DNA of 64,000 nucleotides from Actinomycetales bacterium (GCA_016710385.1 JADJVX010000011.1:136054-200053); one strand, 5' to 3'; shown: positions 20,021 to 29,971, numbered from the stretch's first letter. A program made the numbers and translations. Notes: generated from the sequence alone by a model not told the origin.

Positions 20021-21021
20021 CCGGCTCGGTGGCCAGACCACGCGAGGGCCGCACGCTCGTCATGGGCGTCGTCAACGTCACACCCGATTCGTTCAGCGAC
20101 GGCGGTCGCTTCCTGCCGACCGATGCCGCCGTCGCGCATGGGCTCCACCTGCTCGCCGAGGGTGCCGACCTGCTCGACATCGGTGGGGAATCCACCCGCC
20201 CCGGCGCGCACCGGCCCTCGCTCGATGAGGAACTCGACCGGGTGGTGCCTGTCGTCGCGGCCCTGGCGACGGCCGCCCCGGACGCCGTGATCTCGGTGGA
20301 CACCATGCGGGCAGCGGTCGCCGAGGCAGCGGTGGCCGCGGGGGCCCGGATCGTCAACGACGTCAGCGGTGGCCTGGCCGATGCCCAGATGCTGCCGCTG
20401 GTCGCCCGCCTGGGCGTGGGCTACATCGCGATGCACTGGCGCGGCCACAGCGCCGACATGCAGACCCGTGCGGTCTACGCCGAGGTCGTGCCAGAGGTAT
20501 GCCGTGAACTCGCCACTCGCCGCGACGCCGCTCTCGCGGCCGGGATCGCTCCCGAGCGACTCATCCTCGACCCTGGTCTGGGCTTTGCCAAGCTGCCCGA
20601 ACACAACTGGGCGCTGATCGCCCACCTCGACCAGGTGATCGCTTTGGGCCACCCCGTGCTCTTCGCGGCCTCCCGCAAGGGCTTTCTCGGTAAGGTCGGC
20701 CGCCCGGTCGGCGCCGACCCCCGTCCGGCCGATCACCGGGATGTCGCCACGGCTGCCACGAGTGTCCTGGCCGCTCTCGCCGGAGCGTGGGCGGTGCGCG
20801 TCCACGACGTGCGCGGCACTCGCGACGCTCTTGACGTGGTGCAGGCCTCGTGGGCGGCCACCGGCGGTCGTCCGTCGACAGCCACCCCGGACGGCACCCC
20901 GGACGGCGCACCGGGGGTCACGGCGGATGGCACCCCGGAAGGCCTCGCAGACGGCACCACGGACACCGACCGAGAGCGATTGTTCTTCCACCCCCGCTTC
21001 TTCCTCCACGGCCGAGACTGA
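20017..21021 (+). CDS. folP: Dihydropteroate synthase
   Basis: [32 protein letters not shown] and ASRKGFLG blocks. Carries a Pro/Asp/Gly/Thr-rich C-terminal tail. The start overlaps the folE stop. Confidence 0.9.
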   Translation: MTGSVARPREGRTLVMGVVNVTPDSFSDGGRFLPTDAAVAHGLHLLAEGADLLDIGGESTRPGAHRPSLDEELDRVVPVVAALATAAPDAVISVDTMRAAVAEAAVAAGARIVNDVSGGLADAQMLPLVARLGVGYIAMHWRGHSADMQTRAVYAEVVPEVCRELATRRDAALAAGIAPERLILDPGLGFAKLPEHNWALIAHLDQVIALGHPVLFAASRKGFLGKVGRPVGADPRPADHRDVATAATSVLAALAGAWAVRVHDVRGTRDALDVVQASWAATGGRPSTATPDGTPDGAPGVTADGTPEGLADGTTDTDRERLFFHPRFFLHGRD

Positions 21022-21031
21022 GCGGGCGCAG

Positions 21032-21967
21032 ATGAGCGGCGACACGGCATACCCGATGGATCGGATCGAGATTTCCGGGGTGAGCGCCACCGGCTACCAC
21101 GGGGTGTTCGCGCACGAGAAGCGCGACGGACAGCTTTTCGTCGTCGACGTGGCGCTGACCCTCGACCTGCGGCCGGCCGGGTGCAGCGATGCGCTGTCGG
21201 ACACGGTCAACTACGCCGAGCTCGCGGCCGATGTCATGCGCCGGATCGAGGGCGAGCCTTTCGATCTCATCGAGCGGCTGGCCGAGGTCATCGCCGCCGA
21301 TGCCCTGGCCCGGCCGCTGGTGCAGGTCGTCGAGGTCGCTGTCCACAAGCCGCAAGCGCCGGTCGGGGTGCCCTTCGGCGATGTCGTCGTGCGGGTCACC
21401 CGGCACCGGCCGGTGCCCGTCGTCATCGCGTTGGGAGCCAATCTCGGCGACCCGCTCCAGACGCTCACCGACGTGGTTGCCGAGCTGCCCGGCATACCCG
21501 GGCTGGCGGTGACCGCCGTGTCGCCAGTCGTGCAGTCCGACCCGGTCGGGGGGCCTGCCCAACCGGCATACCTCAATGCGGTGCTGCTCGGCACCTGGGA
21601 CGGCACGGCCGCGGCCCTCCTGCGAGCTCTCCACGGGGTGGAGTCGGCGCACCACCGCACCCGTGAGATCCGTTGGGGAGCAAGGACATTGGATCTCGAC
21701 CTGATCCAGTTCGGCACTCCCGGGAGCGTGGCCGAGGTGCTCTCGAGCGACCCCGCGCTGCTGCTGCCGCATCCGCGGGCCCGTGAGCGGGCCTTCGTGC
21801 TCATGCCCTGGGCTGTGATCGACCCGACAGCGACCCTGCGGCTCGGGCCCGGCTTCAGTGACCCGGTGGCCAATGTCGGTGAGCTGGCAGCAGGTCTGTC
21901 CGACCCCACGCGGGCCGGCGTGCGGCCCGGCCCGGCCTGGCCCGTGGAAGGAGCGCCGACGTGGTGA
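21032..21967 (+). CDS. folB/folK: Fused dihydroneopterin aldolase / 6-hydroxymethyl-dihydropterin pyrophosphokinase ORF
   Basis: ATG 21032. The FolB part is MDRIEISGVSATGYHGVFAHEKRDGQ..VAVHKPQAP. It continues with no stop into the FolK part (VVIALGANLGDP .. RWGARTLDLDLI .. LLLPHPRARERAFVLMPW). Confidence 0.8.
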   Translation: MSGDTAYPMDRIEISGVSATGYHGVFAHEKRDGQLFVVDVALTLDLRPAGCSDALSDTVNYAELAADVMRRIEGEPFDLIERLAEVIAADALARPLVQVVEVAVHKPQAPVGVPFGDVVVRVTRHRPVPVVIALGANLGDPLQTLTDVVAELPGIPGLAVTAVSPVVQSDPVGGPAQPAYLNAVLLGTWDGTAAALLRALHGVESAHHRTREIRWGARTLDLDLIQFGTPGSVAEVLSSDPALLLPHPRARERAFVLMPWAVIDPTATLRLGPGFSDPVANVGELAAGLSDPTRAGVRPGPAWPVEGAPTW

Positions 21968-22464
21968 GCGCCAAGGGCGTGCGCCCGCAGACTCTCGTGA
22001 CGATCGCGCTCGGCGTCGGTGCCCTGGCCTGGGTGCTGTTGCGCCTCTCCGGCGGCGCGCAGGCGTTGCCGACGGTCGGCTGGTCGGGCGTGGTGCTGCT
22101 GGCGTTCATGGCTGCGGGGGTCTACTGGGCCGGCATCCCGGTGCAGAAGATGCGCGAGGGGTCAACCCACCGTCCGATCTCACCGCTGCGGGCGGCCCGC
22201 ACCCTCGTGCTCGCGCAAGCTGCGGCGCTCGCGGGGTCGGCGCTCGTCGGCTGGTATGCCGCGCAGGCCCTGCTGCTGCTGCCGGACGTCGACATCGAGT
22301 CTCAGCGGGGGCGGTTGTGGGTCATGCTCGGCCACCTGGCGGTGACGCTCCTGCTCGTGCTCGCCGGGATGCTCACTCAGCGCAAATGCCGCGTCGACCC
22401 CCCGACCGGTCCGCCCCCGACCACCTTGCCCGAGCCCAACGACGGGGCTGCCGCCGGCGCCTGA
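21961..22464 (+). CDS. DUF3180 membrane protein
   Basis: Four hydrophobic helices. The start overlaps the folK stop. A gene at this conserved position follows folK in mycobacteria (recalled). Confidence 0.7.
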   Translation: MVSAKGVRPQTLVTIALGVGALAWVLLRLSGGAQALPTVGWSGVVLLAFMAAGVYWAGIPVQKMREGSTHRPISPLRAARTLVLAQAAALAGSALVGWYAAQALLLLPDVDIESQRGRLWVMLGHLAVTLLLVLAGMLTQRKCRVDPPTGPPPTTLPEPNDGAAAGA

Positions 22465-22494
22465 CCTTGTCGGTCGGCGGCCTCCTGTCGGGGC

Positions 22495-23235
22495 CTACTG
22501 GTAGACGTCGCCGCCGATGCGGCCCATCGTCGGGGTGACCATGCCTCCGGCGACCCAGTTGGGCCCGGCATGCACGTGCTTGAGCTTGGCCATCGCGGCC
22601 GTGATCGCGCGGTAGCGCTCATCGGGCGTCCCGGCATACCAGAAGTAGAGGGTTTCGTCGTCGGCGAGCTTGCTGGCGCAGGCGATGGCCGCCGGGGCCG
22701 AGGCCGTCGCGGGGATGCTGATCGGTTCGACATTGTCGCGGCACTGCACGGCGCTGGGCAGGTCGGCGGCGGACCGGATGAGACGCCAGTCGATGGCCGA
22801 CGCCGAGGTGGACGTGACCGGGGGGAGGGTCCCCAGAGTGCTGGTCGCGGTGGTGGTCGGTGGCAGCGCGACCACGCTCGGGGCGACGGCAGGGGCTGCC
22901 GGTGCGGGTGAGGTCAGCCGGGCCACCGTGAACGCGAGAGTGGCCACGAGGACCAGCGCGCCGATGAACACGACCAGGCGGCGTCGACGGTATCGAGTCG
23001 AGATGGACGGGCCGCGACGCGCTGGCTCGGCCGGTGCTCGGGTGGCTTGCCGGCGGCGCGACGGGTATGCCGTGCCCGTCGCCGCCGGGCTGCGGGGTCG
23101 GGTGGGTTGGGCCGCCGCCGGTCGGCCGGTCGATCCGCCGGAGGTGCGCTTTGGTGTGCGAGGTGCCGATCGCGCAGCCCGAGGTGCGCCGCCGCCGGTG
23201 CGGGGCGCTCTCGCGGGCGGCTGACGGTCGGTCAC
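22495..23235 (-). CDS. Hypothetical Ala/Arg/Pro-rich membrane-anchored protein
   Basis: GTG 23235 overlaps the stop of the upstream gene (GTGA). The N-terminus is basic and Pro-rich. There is a single TM helix (LVVFIGALVLVATLAFTV), then a C-terminal domain ending ..GPNWVAGGMVTPTMGRIGGDVYQ. Confidence 0.6.
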   Translation of the reverse strand: MTDRQPPARAPRTGGGAPRAARSAPRTPKRTSGGSTGRPAAAQPTRPRSPAATGTAYPSRRRQATRAPAEPARRGPSISTRYRRRRLVVFIGALVLVATLAFTVARLTSPAPAAPAVAPSVVALPPTTTATSTLGTLPPVTSTSASAIDWRLIRSAADLPSAVQCRDNVEPISIPATASAPAAIACASKLADDETLYFWYAGTPDERYRAITAAMAKLKHVHAGPNWVAGGMVTPTMGRIGGDVYQ

Positions 23236-24374
23236 TTGTCGAGGTCCCCCATGACGAACGGCACGGACGCCACCACGGTGGCCAGGTCGGTCACCATTGT
23301 CCCCGGCAGCAGCGCCGACAGGGCTGCGACATTCCCGAAGGACGGGGTGCGCAACGCCAATCGCCACGGCTGCGGTCCGCCGCGAGAGACCAGCAGCGCC
23401 CCAGCCCGCCCGAGAGGGGACTCGGTCACGGCATACCACTGGCCTTCCGGGACTCGCACCACCTTGGGCAGCCGCACGTTGACCGGCCCGGGAGTCAACC
23501 GGTCGAGGCAGGCCAGGACGAGGTCGAGCGCGACGGCGACCTCCTCGAGCAACACGGCATACCGGGCCGCGACATCCCCAGTGCTGCGGTGGACGACCCG
23601 CCCCGGGCCGTGCTCACCCCACACCCGGCCGTAGCCGGCATACGCGTCGTCGCCGCGCACGTCGTGGGCCAGGCCGGCTGCGCGGGCCACCGGTCCGCTG
23701 GCCCCGAAGCCGGCGGCGCTCTCTCGGGTGAGCACACCGAGACCTCGGTGCTCCAGCGCCAGGTCGGCGAATGCGTTTGTGACAGAGGATAATTCCGATC
23801 GCACTACCGCGCAGGTATGCCGTGCGCTCGCCTCCCAGCCGACCGGTGCGTCCTCCCGCAACCCGCCCAGGCGGACCAGCATCGGATGCATCCGGGAGCC
23901 GGCGATGTCTTCGACGAGCTGCAGGACAGCCTCGCGAGCCAGGGCCGTGGACGGGCCCCCAGGAGCCGCGCCGAGAAAGGTCAGGTGACTGTGGATCCGG
24001 TCGAGCTCGCCGAGGATGGTGCGCAGCCACACCGCGCGCTCGGGGGCATCCAGGCCGAGGGCCTCCTCGACGACGCGGGCAATGGTGAGCTCCCCGGAGA
24101 AGCCGCCCAGCCAGTCGTGCCGGTTGGCCAAGGCAAGGATCTGGCGGTAGTCGCGCACCTCGAAGAGCTTCTCGGCGCCGCGATGCAGCAGCCCACCCAG
24201 GGGATCGGCGGCGCTGATGCGGCCGTCGGTGTCGACCTCGAGGGTGAGCCGCAACGATCCGTGACCCGCCGGATGACCCGGCGGCAGCACGATCGGATGG
24301 ACCTGCACGTCACCGGTCAGCGCGACCGGGCCAGTGGCGGCCAGGACACGGGCTGGGACGGGAGCGGACGGCAT
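23232..24374 (-). CDS. Orphan NuoD / [NiFe]-hydrogenase large-subunit-like protein (Complex I 49 kDa family)
   Basis: ATG 24374 (MPSAPVPARV). HRGAEKLFEVRDYRQILALANRHDWL and DRIHSHLTFLG resemble NuoD blocks. No other nuo genes are nearby. Confidence 0.65.
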   Translation of the reverse strand: MPSAPVPARVLAATGPVALTGDVQVHPIVLPPGHPAGHGSLRLTLEVDTDGRISAADPLGGLLHRGAEKLFEVRDYRQILALANRHDWLGGFSGELTIARVVEEALGLDAPERAVWLRTILGELDRIHSHLTFLGAAPGGPSTALAREAVLQLVEDIAGSRMHPMLVRLGGLREDAPVGWEASARHTCAVVRSELSSVTNAFADLALEHRGLGVLTRESAAGFGASGPVARAAGLAHDVRGDDAYAGYGRVWGEHGPGRVVHRSTGDVAARYAVLLEEVAVALDLVLACLDRLTPGPVNVRLPKVVRVPEGQWYAVTESPLGRAGALLVSRGGPQPWRLALRTPSFGNVAALSALLPGTMVTDLATVVASVPFVMGDLDK

Positions 24375-24422
24375 ACCGGTCAGTGTGCCCCAGCCGGCTG
24401 CCCGGCCCGTTACTGTGTCGCG

Positions 24423-25691
24423 ATGTCCACCACCCCCGCCGCAGCCGACCTCGCGTCCGTGCTGGATCTCAGCGCGCCTGCGGTCCTCGACGATCCCTAT
24501 CCGGCGCTCGCCGCAGCCCGCGAGCTGGCCCCCGTGGGCTGGCATTCGGGGCTGGGGTGCTATCTGATCACCAGCCATGCCGGGTGCAACGCCGTGCTGC
24601 GCGACCGCTCGCTCGGCCGGATCTTCCGCGACCGCGAGCCGGAGACGGAGTGGGACACCTTCAACTGGCTGCACGCCGACTCGATCCTTGACAGTGAGCC
24701 GCCCAAGCACACCCGGCTGCGACGGCTCATCGCCGGAGCTTTCGGGCGCGGGCACGTCGCTCGGCTCGGGCCGCGCATCGCTGCGCTCACCGAGACATTG
24801 CTCGATGACTGCGCGGCACGGATCGACGCCGATGGCGAGGTCGACCTCATCGAGCACCTCGCCGAGCCGCTGCCGGTGCTCGTCATCGCCGAGTTGCTCG
24901 GCTTTCCGGAGCAGGATGTCCACCTGCTGCGGCCGTGGTCGCAGGCCATCGTGCGGATGTACGAGATGACCCGCACCCGCGAGGACGACCTCGCGGCGCA
25001 GCAGGCCTGCGGCGAGTTCGCGGCATACGTGCAGGATTTGGCGACACACCGCGTCGCCCACCCGGGGGAGGACCTGCTGTCCGACCTCGTCGCGGCGCGC
25101 GACGGCTCGGATCGGCTGTCTCACCGCGAGCTGGTCGCGACGGCGGTGTTGCTGCTCAACGCGGGACACGAGGCGACCGTCAACGGGTTCGGCAACGGGA
25201 TGGGCTCGTGGCTGCCGAGCGCGGCCTATCACCGGTATGCCGGCTCCCGCCCGCCGGCCGGGGCGGATCTGGGGCTGGACATCGGCCTGCTCGTCGAGGA
25301 GATGCTGCGCCACGACTCGCCCTCGCAGCTGTTCGAGCGCACTGCCACCCAAGACTGTGTCGTCGAGGGAGTGCACGTGCGCGCGGGGGATCGGGTGGCG
25401 GTGCTGCTCGGGGCGGCCAACCGCGACCCGCTCGTCTTCGAGGCCCCCGACGAATTCCGGCCCGATCGCGACCCCAATCCGCAGCTGTCCTTCGGGGCCG
25501 GGATTCATTTCTGCGTCGGGGCACCGCTGGCCCGGCTGGAGCTGTCGACCTCGCTCACGGCCGTGATGCGGCGGTGGCCGCAGCTGCACGTGGTGCGGGC
25601 CACCCGACGGCCGACCTTCGTGTTGCGGGGGTATGAGCAGTTGATCGTCGCGTCCGGGCTGGCGACGGGGTCAGGGCCGACGTCCGACTGA
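24423..25691 (+). CDS. Cytochrome P450
   Basis: ATG 24423. I-helix LLLNAGHEATVN, ExxR EEMLRHDSP, and heme loop FGAGIHFCVGAPLAR. Confidence 0.85.
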   Translation: MSTTPAAADLASVLDLSAPAVLDDPYPALAAARELAPVGWHSGLGCYLITSHAGCNAVLRDRSLGRIFRDREPETEWDTFNWLHADSILDSEPPKHTRLRRLIAGAFGRGHVARLGPRIAALTETLLDDCAARIDADGEVDLIEHLAEPLPVLVIAELLGFPEQDVHLLRPWSQAIVRMYEMTRTREDDLAAQQACGEFAAYVQDLATHRVAHPGEDLLSDLVAARDGSDRLSHRELVATAVLLLNAGHEATVNGFGNGMGSWLPSAAYHRYAGSRPPAGADLGLDIGLLVEEMLRHDSPSQLFERTATQDCVVEGVHVRAGDRVAVLLGAANRDPLVFEAPDEFRPDRDPNPQLSFGAGIHFCVGAPLARLELSTSLTAVMRRWPQLHVVRATRRPTFVLRGYEQLIVASGLATGSGPTSD

Positions 25692-25736
25692 GCAGAGCGG
25701 ATCGCGGGTGGTGCTGCCGGGAGTAGGTTCGAGGTC

Positions 25737-26504
25737 ATGAGCGGCTCGTCGGACTCTGACCTCACCCCTCGCCTGCGCGTGGGTCTGGTCGGCGCGGGGC
25801 GCGCCGGAGTGGTGCTCGGTGCCGCCCTGGAACGGGCGGGCCATCGGGTCGTCGCCGTGTCCGCAGTGAGTGATCTCTCCCGTGAGCGGGTGGCAATGTC
25901 CTTGCCGCGCAGCGAGATTTGTGATGCCGTCGACGTCGTCAAGGATGTCGACCTGGTGCTGGTCGCGGTCCCCGACGACGAGTTGCCCGACCTGGTGAGC
26001 GGCTTGGCCGCGACCGGGTCGTTGCACCCGGGCCAAATCCTCGTGCACACCAGCCCCGGTGTCGGCATCTCGGTCCTCGAGCCGGCGGTCTCGGCCGATG
26101 TGCTGCCGTTGGCCATCCACCCGGCTGTCACGCTCGGCGGGCGTCCCTCCGACGTCGATCGGCTGCGCGGCGCCGTCTTTGCCGTGACCACGTTGCGCTC
26201 GTTGCGCCCGCTCGGAGAGGCGCTGGTCATCGAGATGGGCGGCGAGCCGGTCTGGGTCGAGGAGGAGGACCGCCCGGCCTATGCCGCGGCGCTGGCCGCC
26301 GTGCGCGAGGGGGTGCTCGGGGTGCTCGGCGCCGCCGGGCGGGTGCTGAGCGACTGCGGCATACCGAATCCTGCGCTGGTCCTGGCCCCGCTCGTTTCGG
26401 CGACCGCTGAGGAAGCCTGGTCTGGCAGTAGCGTTGCCCGCGGACTGTCGCCGCAACCCGATCCCCGCCAGCGCCCTGGCAGCACACCGGAGGAGCCCGA
26501 GTGA
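25737..26504 (+). CDS. Rossmann-fold plus DUF2520 domain protein
   Basis: N-terminal VGLVGAGRAGVVLG dinucleotide fold. The stop overlaps the nadB GTG. The C-terminus looks somewhat short for the family. Confidence 0.65.
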   Translation: MSGSSDSDLTPRLRVGLVGAGRAGVVLGAALERAGHRVVAVSAVSDLSRERVAMSLPRSEICDAVDVVKDVDLVLVAVPDDELPDLVSGLAATGSLHPGQILVHTSPGVGISVLEPAVSADVLPLAIHPAVTLGGRPSDVDRLRGAVFAVTTLRSLRPLGEALVIEMGGEPVWVEEEDRPAYAAALAAVREGVLGVLGAAGRVLSDCGIPNPALVLAPLVSATAEEAWSGSSVARGLSPQPDPRQRPGSTPEEPE

Positions 26505-28195
26505 GCACCCCATTGACCATCCCGCGTTGGCTCGCGGCCCCGCCACCGGGATGGACAACGACAGCCGATGTCGTCGTCGTGGGATCGGGCATCGCCGGTC
26601 TCACCGCCGCGCTGCGCCTGCGGGCCCAGGGGTCGACCGTGCTGCTGGTGACCAAGACCCTGCTCAACGAAGGGTCGACGGCCTGGGCGCAAGGCGGGAT
26701 CGCGGCCGCCATGGACGACGAGGACTCGCCCGACCAACACCTGCACGACACCCTCGTGGCCGGCGTCGGGTTGTGCGACGTCGCCGCCGTGACCGCGCTG
26801 GTCCACGAAGGCCCCACTCGAGTGCGCGAATTGGTCGCTCTCGGCGCGAATTTCGACCGCGGCAGCAACGGTGAGATCAGCCTGACCCGCGAGGGTGGCC
26901 ACCACCGGGACCGCATCCTGCATGCCGGTGGCGACGCGACCGGCAAGGAGATCAGCCGGGCGCTCATCGAGGCCCTGCACCTGGTCAAGGACGACCCGGG
27001 CATCGAGGTCATCGAGCATGCCCTCGTCGTCGACCTCCTGCAGGACGCCGAGGGGCGGGTCTGTGGCGCCACCATCCACGTCATCGGCGAGGGTCAGATC
27101 GACGGGGTCGGCGCGGTCCACTGTCGGGCGGTTGTCCTGGCGACCGGTGGGCTCGGCCAGATCTATGCGGCGACGACCAACCCCTCGGTCGCCACCGGTG
27201 ACGGCATGGCGATCGCGCTGCGGGCGGGTGCGGTGCTCGCCGACCTCGAGTTCGTCCAGTTCCACCCCACGGTGCTCTTCCTCGGGGACGACTCGACCGG
27301 CCAGCAGCCGCTCATCTCCGAGGCCGTTCGTGGGGAGGGTGCCGTCTTGGTCGACAAGGACGGCGTGCGCTTTATGCAGGGCCAGCACGAGTTGGCCGAT
27401 CTCGCTCCCCGCGATGTCGTGGCCCGCGCGATCGTCGCCCGGATGGCGCAGACCCATGCCGATCACGTCTTCCTCGACTGTCGTCACCTAGGCCGCGAGT
27501 TCTTGGAGAAGCGCTTCCCGTCGATCGTCGCCTCGTGCCGGGAGCACGGCTTCGACATGGCGACCGATCTGTTGCCCGTCGCCCCGGCGCAGCACTACGC
27601 CAGTGGGGGCGTGCGCACCGACCTGGACGGGCGCTCCTCGCTGCCCGGTCTCTACGCGTGCGGCGAGTGTTCGTGCACCGGAGTCCACGGCGCCAACCGG
27701 CTCGCCTCCAACTCACTGCTCGAGGGTCTGGTCTTCGCCCACCGGATCGCCGAGGACATCACCCGGCGCTTCGCTGCCGGCGAGTTGCCGTGGACCGATC
27801 CCTTGCCAGCGCAGTCCGCGCGTGGCTGCGGCGACTGCACGCTGCTCAAGTCGGGCAATCGCAAGACCGTGCAGCGCACCATGACCGCCGGCTCCGGCGT
27901 CGTCCGCTCGGCCGACTCGCTGGCGGCCGCGCGGGCTCGATTGGGCACGCTCGCTGCCTCGGCCGATGGGGTCGAGGGCGGTCCGAAGTCCTGGCAGACC
28001 ACCAACCTGCTCCAACTGGGCCAACTGCTCACCCACGTGGCCGCGCTACGCGAGGAGACTCGCGGCGGGCATGTCCGCAGCGATTTCCCCGCCCGCGACG
28101 ACGCACACTGGCTCGGTCACACGTATGCCGTGCGCGGCACCGACGGTGTGGTCACCACCTCCTTCCACCCCACCGCCCCTGCGGAGCTGTCATGA
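26501..28195 (+). CDS. nadB: L-aspartate oxidase
   Basis: FAD fold VVVVGSGIAGLTAA, TAWAQGGIAA, HPTVL, and GLYACGECSCTGVHGANRLASNSLLE. Confidence 0.95.
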   Translation: MSTPLTIPRWLAAPPPGWTTTADVVVVGSGIAGLTAALRLRAQGSTVLLVTKTLLNEGSTAWAQGGIAAAMDDEDSPDQHLHDTLVAGVGLCDVAAVTALVHEGPTRVRELVALGANFDRGSNGEISLTREGGHHRDRILHAGGDATGKEISRALIEALHLVKDDPGIEVIEHALVVDLLQDAEGRVCGATIHVIGEGQIDGVGAVHCRAVVLATGGLGQIYAATTNPSVATGDGMAIALRAGAVLADLEFVQFHPTVLFLGDDSTGQQPLISEAVRGEGAVLVDKDGVRFMQGQHELADLAPRDVVARAIVARMAQTHADHVFLDCRHLGREFLEKRFPSIVASCREHGFDMATDLLPVAPAQHYASGGVRTDLDGRSSLPGLYACGECSCTGVHGANRLASNSLLEGLVFAHRIAEDITRRFAAGELPWTDPLPAQSARGCGDCTLLKSGNRKTVQRTMTAGSGVVRSADSLAAARARLGTLAASADGVEGGPKSWQTTNLLQLGQLLTHVAALREETRGGHVRSDFPARDDAHWLGHTYAVRGTDGVVTTSFHPTAPAELS

Positions 28196-29067
28196 CCGAT
28201 CTGCGCTACCCCGCCGACGACGCCCGGGAGCTCGTCCGGGTCGCCCTTGCCGAGGACCTCGGGCCAGCCGGCCTCGATGTCACCACCCTGGCAACCATCC
28301 CCGCCGACCAGGAGGCCACGGCATACGTGCTCGCCCGGGCCGCGGGTGTCGTCGCGGGGCTGCCTGTCGTGGCCGAGGTCTTCGCCCAAGTGGCGGCCCT
28401 CGTCGGCAGCCCGGTGCCGTCGGTCGAGCTCGCCGTCGGCGATGGCACCCAGGTCGTGCGCGGGGATGTGCTCGCGCGGGTGACCGGACCGATCCGGGTC
28501 ATCCTCATCGGCGAGCGCACTCTGCTCAACATCGCCAGCCGGCTGTCCGGAGTGGCCACCCACACCCGGCGCTGGGCCGACCAGCTCGAGGGCACCGGCG
28601 CGATGGTGCTCGATACCCGCAAGACGACACCGGGGATGCGCCACCTGGAGAAGTACGCCGTGCGCGCCGGCGGCGGCACCAACAAGCGCATGGGGCTCTA
28701 CGACTGCGCGATGATCAAGGACAACCACAAGCTCGCTGCGGGCAGTGTGTCGGCGGCCTACCAGGCGATCCGGCGCACCTTCCCCGAGGTCGACATCCAG
28801 GTCGAGGTGACGACGGTCGCCGAGGCGCTGGAGGCGTATGCCGTGGGGGCCCGGTTCATCATGTGCGACAACATGTCGGTGCCGCTGCTGGCCGAGACCG
28901 TGGCCGCGCTGCGGGCCCAGGACGAGCCGGTGGAGATCGAGGCGACCGGTGGGCTGACCCTCGAGGTGGCCCGCGAGTATGCCCTGACCGGGGTGGACTA
29001 CCTCTCGGTCGGAGGCTTGACCCACTCCAGCCCGATCCTCGACATCGCCCTCGACCTGGCTGACTGA
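28192..29067 (+). CDS. nadC: Nicotinate-nucleotide diphosphorylase (carboxylating)
   Basis: ATGA overlap with nadB. LDTRKTTPGMR, KYAVRAGGG.NKRMGLYD and IKDNH blocks. Confidence 0.95.
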   Translation: MTDLRYPADDARELVRVALAEDLGPAGLDVTTLATIPADQEATAYVLARAAGVVAGLPVVAEVFAQVAALVGSPVPSVELAVGDGTQVVRGDVLARVTGPIRVILIGERTLLNIASRLSGVATHTRRWADQLEGTGAMVLDTRKTTPGMRHLEKYAVRAGGGTNKRMGLYDCAMIKDNHKLAAGSVSAAYQAIRRTFPEVDIQVEVTTVAEALEAYAVGARFIMCDNMSVPLLAETVAALRAQDEPVEIEATGGLTLEVAREYALTGVDYLSVGGLTHSSPILDIALDLAD

Positions 29068-29094
29068 CCCGGATGCCGTGCGGCAGCTCGGTCG

Positions 29095-29916
29095 GTGGTC
29101 GCAGCTAGCGTCTGGTGCGTGACACATCCGGGAGCGAGGTCGACACGCAGGGCCGCCACTGACCGCTTCGAGCCGCTCCCCATTCGGCGGGTGCAGCGCC
29201 GACGGCCGCTTGACCCGGACGACGAGGGGCTGACTGCGCTGACTCCGGGCAGGTGGCCGCTCACCCTCGCCCCGGTCGCCCAGCTCCTCCAGGAGGGCCT
29301 GGACCTCGGGCGAGCGACCGTGCTCGTCGGCGCCAATGGCAGCGGCAAGTCGACGATTGTCGAGGCGGTGGCCATGGCCTTCGGCTTGGCCCCGGAGGGT
29401 GGATCGACCGGTGCCCGCCATCGCACCATCGAGTCGGAGTCGCCACTGCACCATGACCTTGAGCTCGTCCGCGGTCCCGGGGGGAGCCGGTGGGGCTACT
29501 TCGTGCGTGCCGAGACGATGCACGGGTTGATGGGCTATCTCGACGAGACCGCCAAGGATTCATTCACCCGCGACCCGACCTTCTCTCGGCTCAGTCATGG
29601 CGAGTCGTTCCTGGCCTTGCTCTCGACCCGGCGGTTTCGCGGACCGGGGTTGTTCGTCATGGACGAGCCCGAGGCGGGTCTGGCCTTCGAGGCCCAGTTG
29701 GCGCTGCTGGGGCAGCTCATCGGTCTGGCCAGTCGGCGAGGGTGCCAGGTCCTGCTCGCCACCCACTCGCCGATCATCGCCGCGCTGCCGGGCGCGACCA
29801 TCCTGCAGCTCGACGCGACCGGTCTGCATCCCACGACCTGGGCGCAGCTGCAGGCCGTCGACCACTACCGCCGGTTCCTCGCCCACCCCGAGCAATACCT
29901 GCGCCACCTCGACTAG
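29095..29916 (+). CDS. AAA/ABC-like ATPase (stand-alone)
   Basis: Walker A VGANGSGKST, signature-like LSHGES, and Walker B LFVMDEPEAGL. The start is uncertain. Confidence 0.65.
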   Translation: MVAASVWCVTHPGARSTRRAATDRFEPLPIRRVQRRRPLDPDDEGLTALTPGRWPLTLAPVAQLLQEGLDLGRATVLVGANGSGKSTIVEAVAMAFGLAPEGGSTGARHRTIESESPLHHDLELVRGPGGSRWGYFVRAETMHGLMGYLDETAKDSFTRDPTFSRLSHGESFLALLSTRRFRGPGLFVMDEPEAGLAFEAQLALLGQLIGLASRRGCQVLLATHSPIIAALPGATILQLDATGLHPTTWAQLQAVDHYRRFLAHPEQYLRHLD

Positions 29917-29941
29917 CCTGCTGCGGTCGCGGTGGTGAGCG

Positions 29942-29971
29942 ACACGGCATACCCCTGCCTGTATGCCGTGT
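29942..29971. repeat. Hairpin formed by an inverted pair of the abundant motif, upstream of lysS
   Basis: ACACGGCATAC (29942-29952), loop CCCTGCCT, then GTATGCCGTGT (29961-29971). Perfect 11-bp arms, in the 94-bp spacer before lysS. Confidence 0.7.

Noticed and set aside
25737-26504. Possible frameshift at the C-terminus of the DUF2520 gene
   Set aside because: The protein seems short and ends in a Pro/Gln-rich tail right after a VARG motif. Neither alternative frame gave a convincing family-like continuation, and the stop is neatly coupled (GTGA) to nadB.
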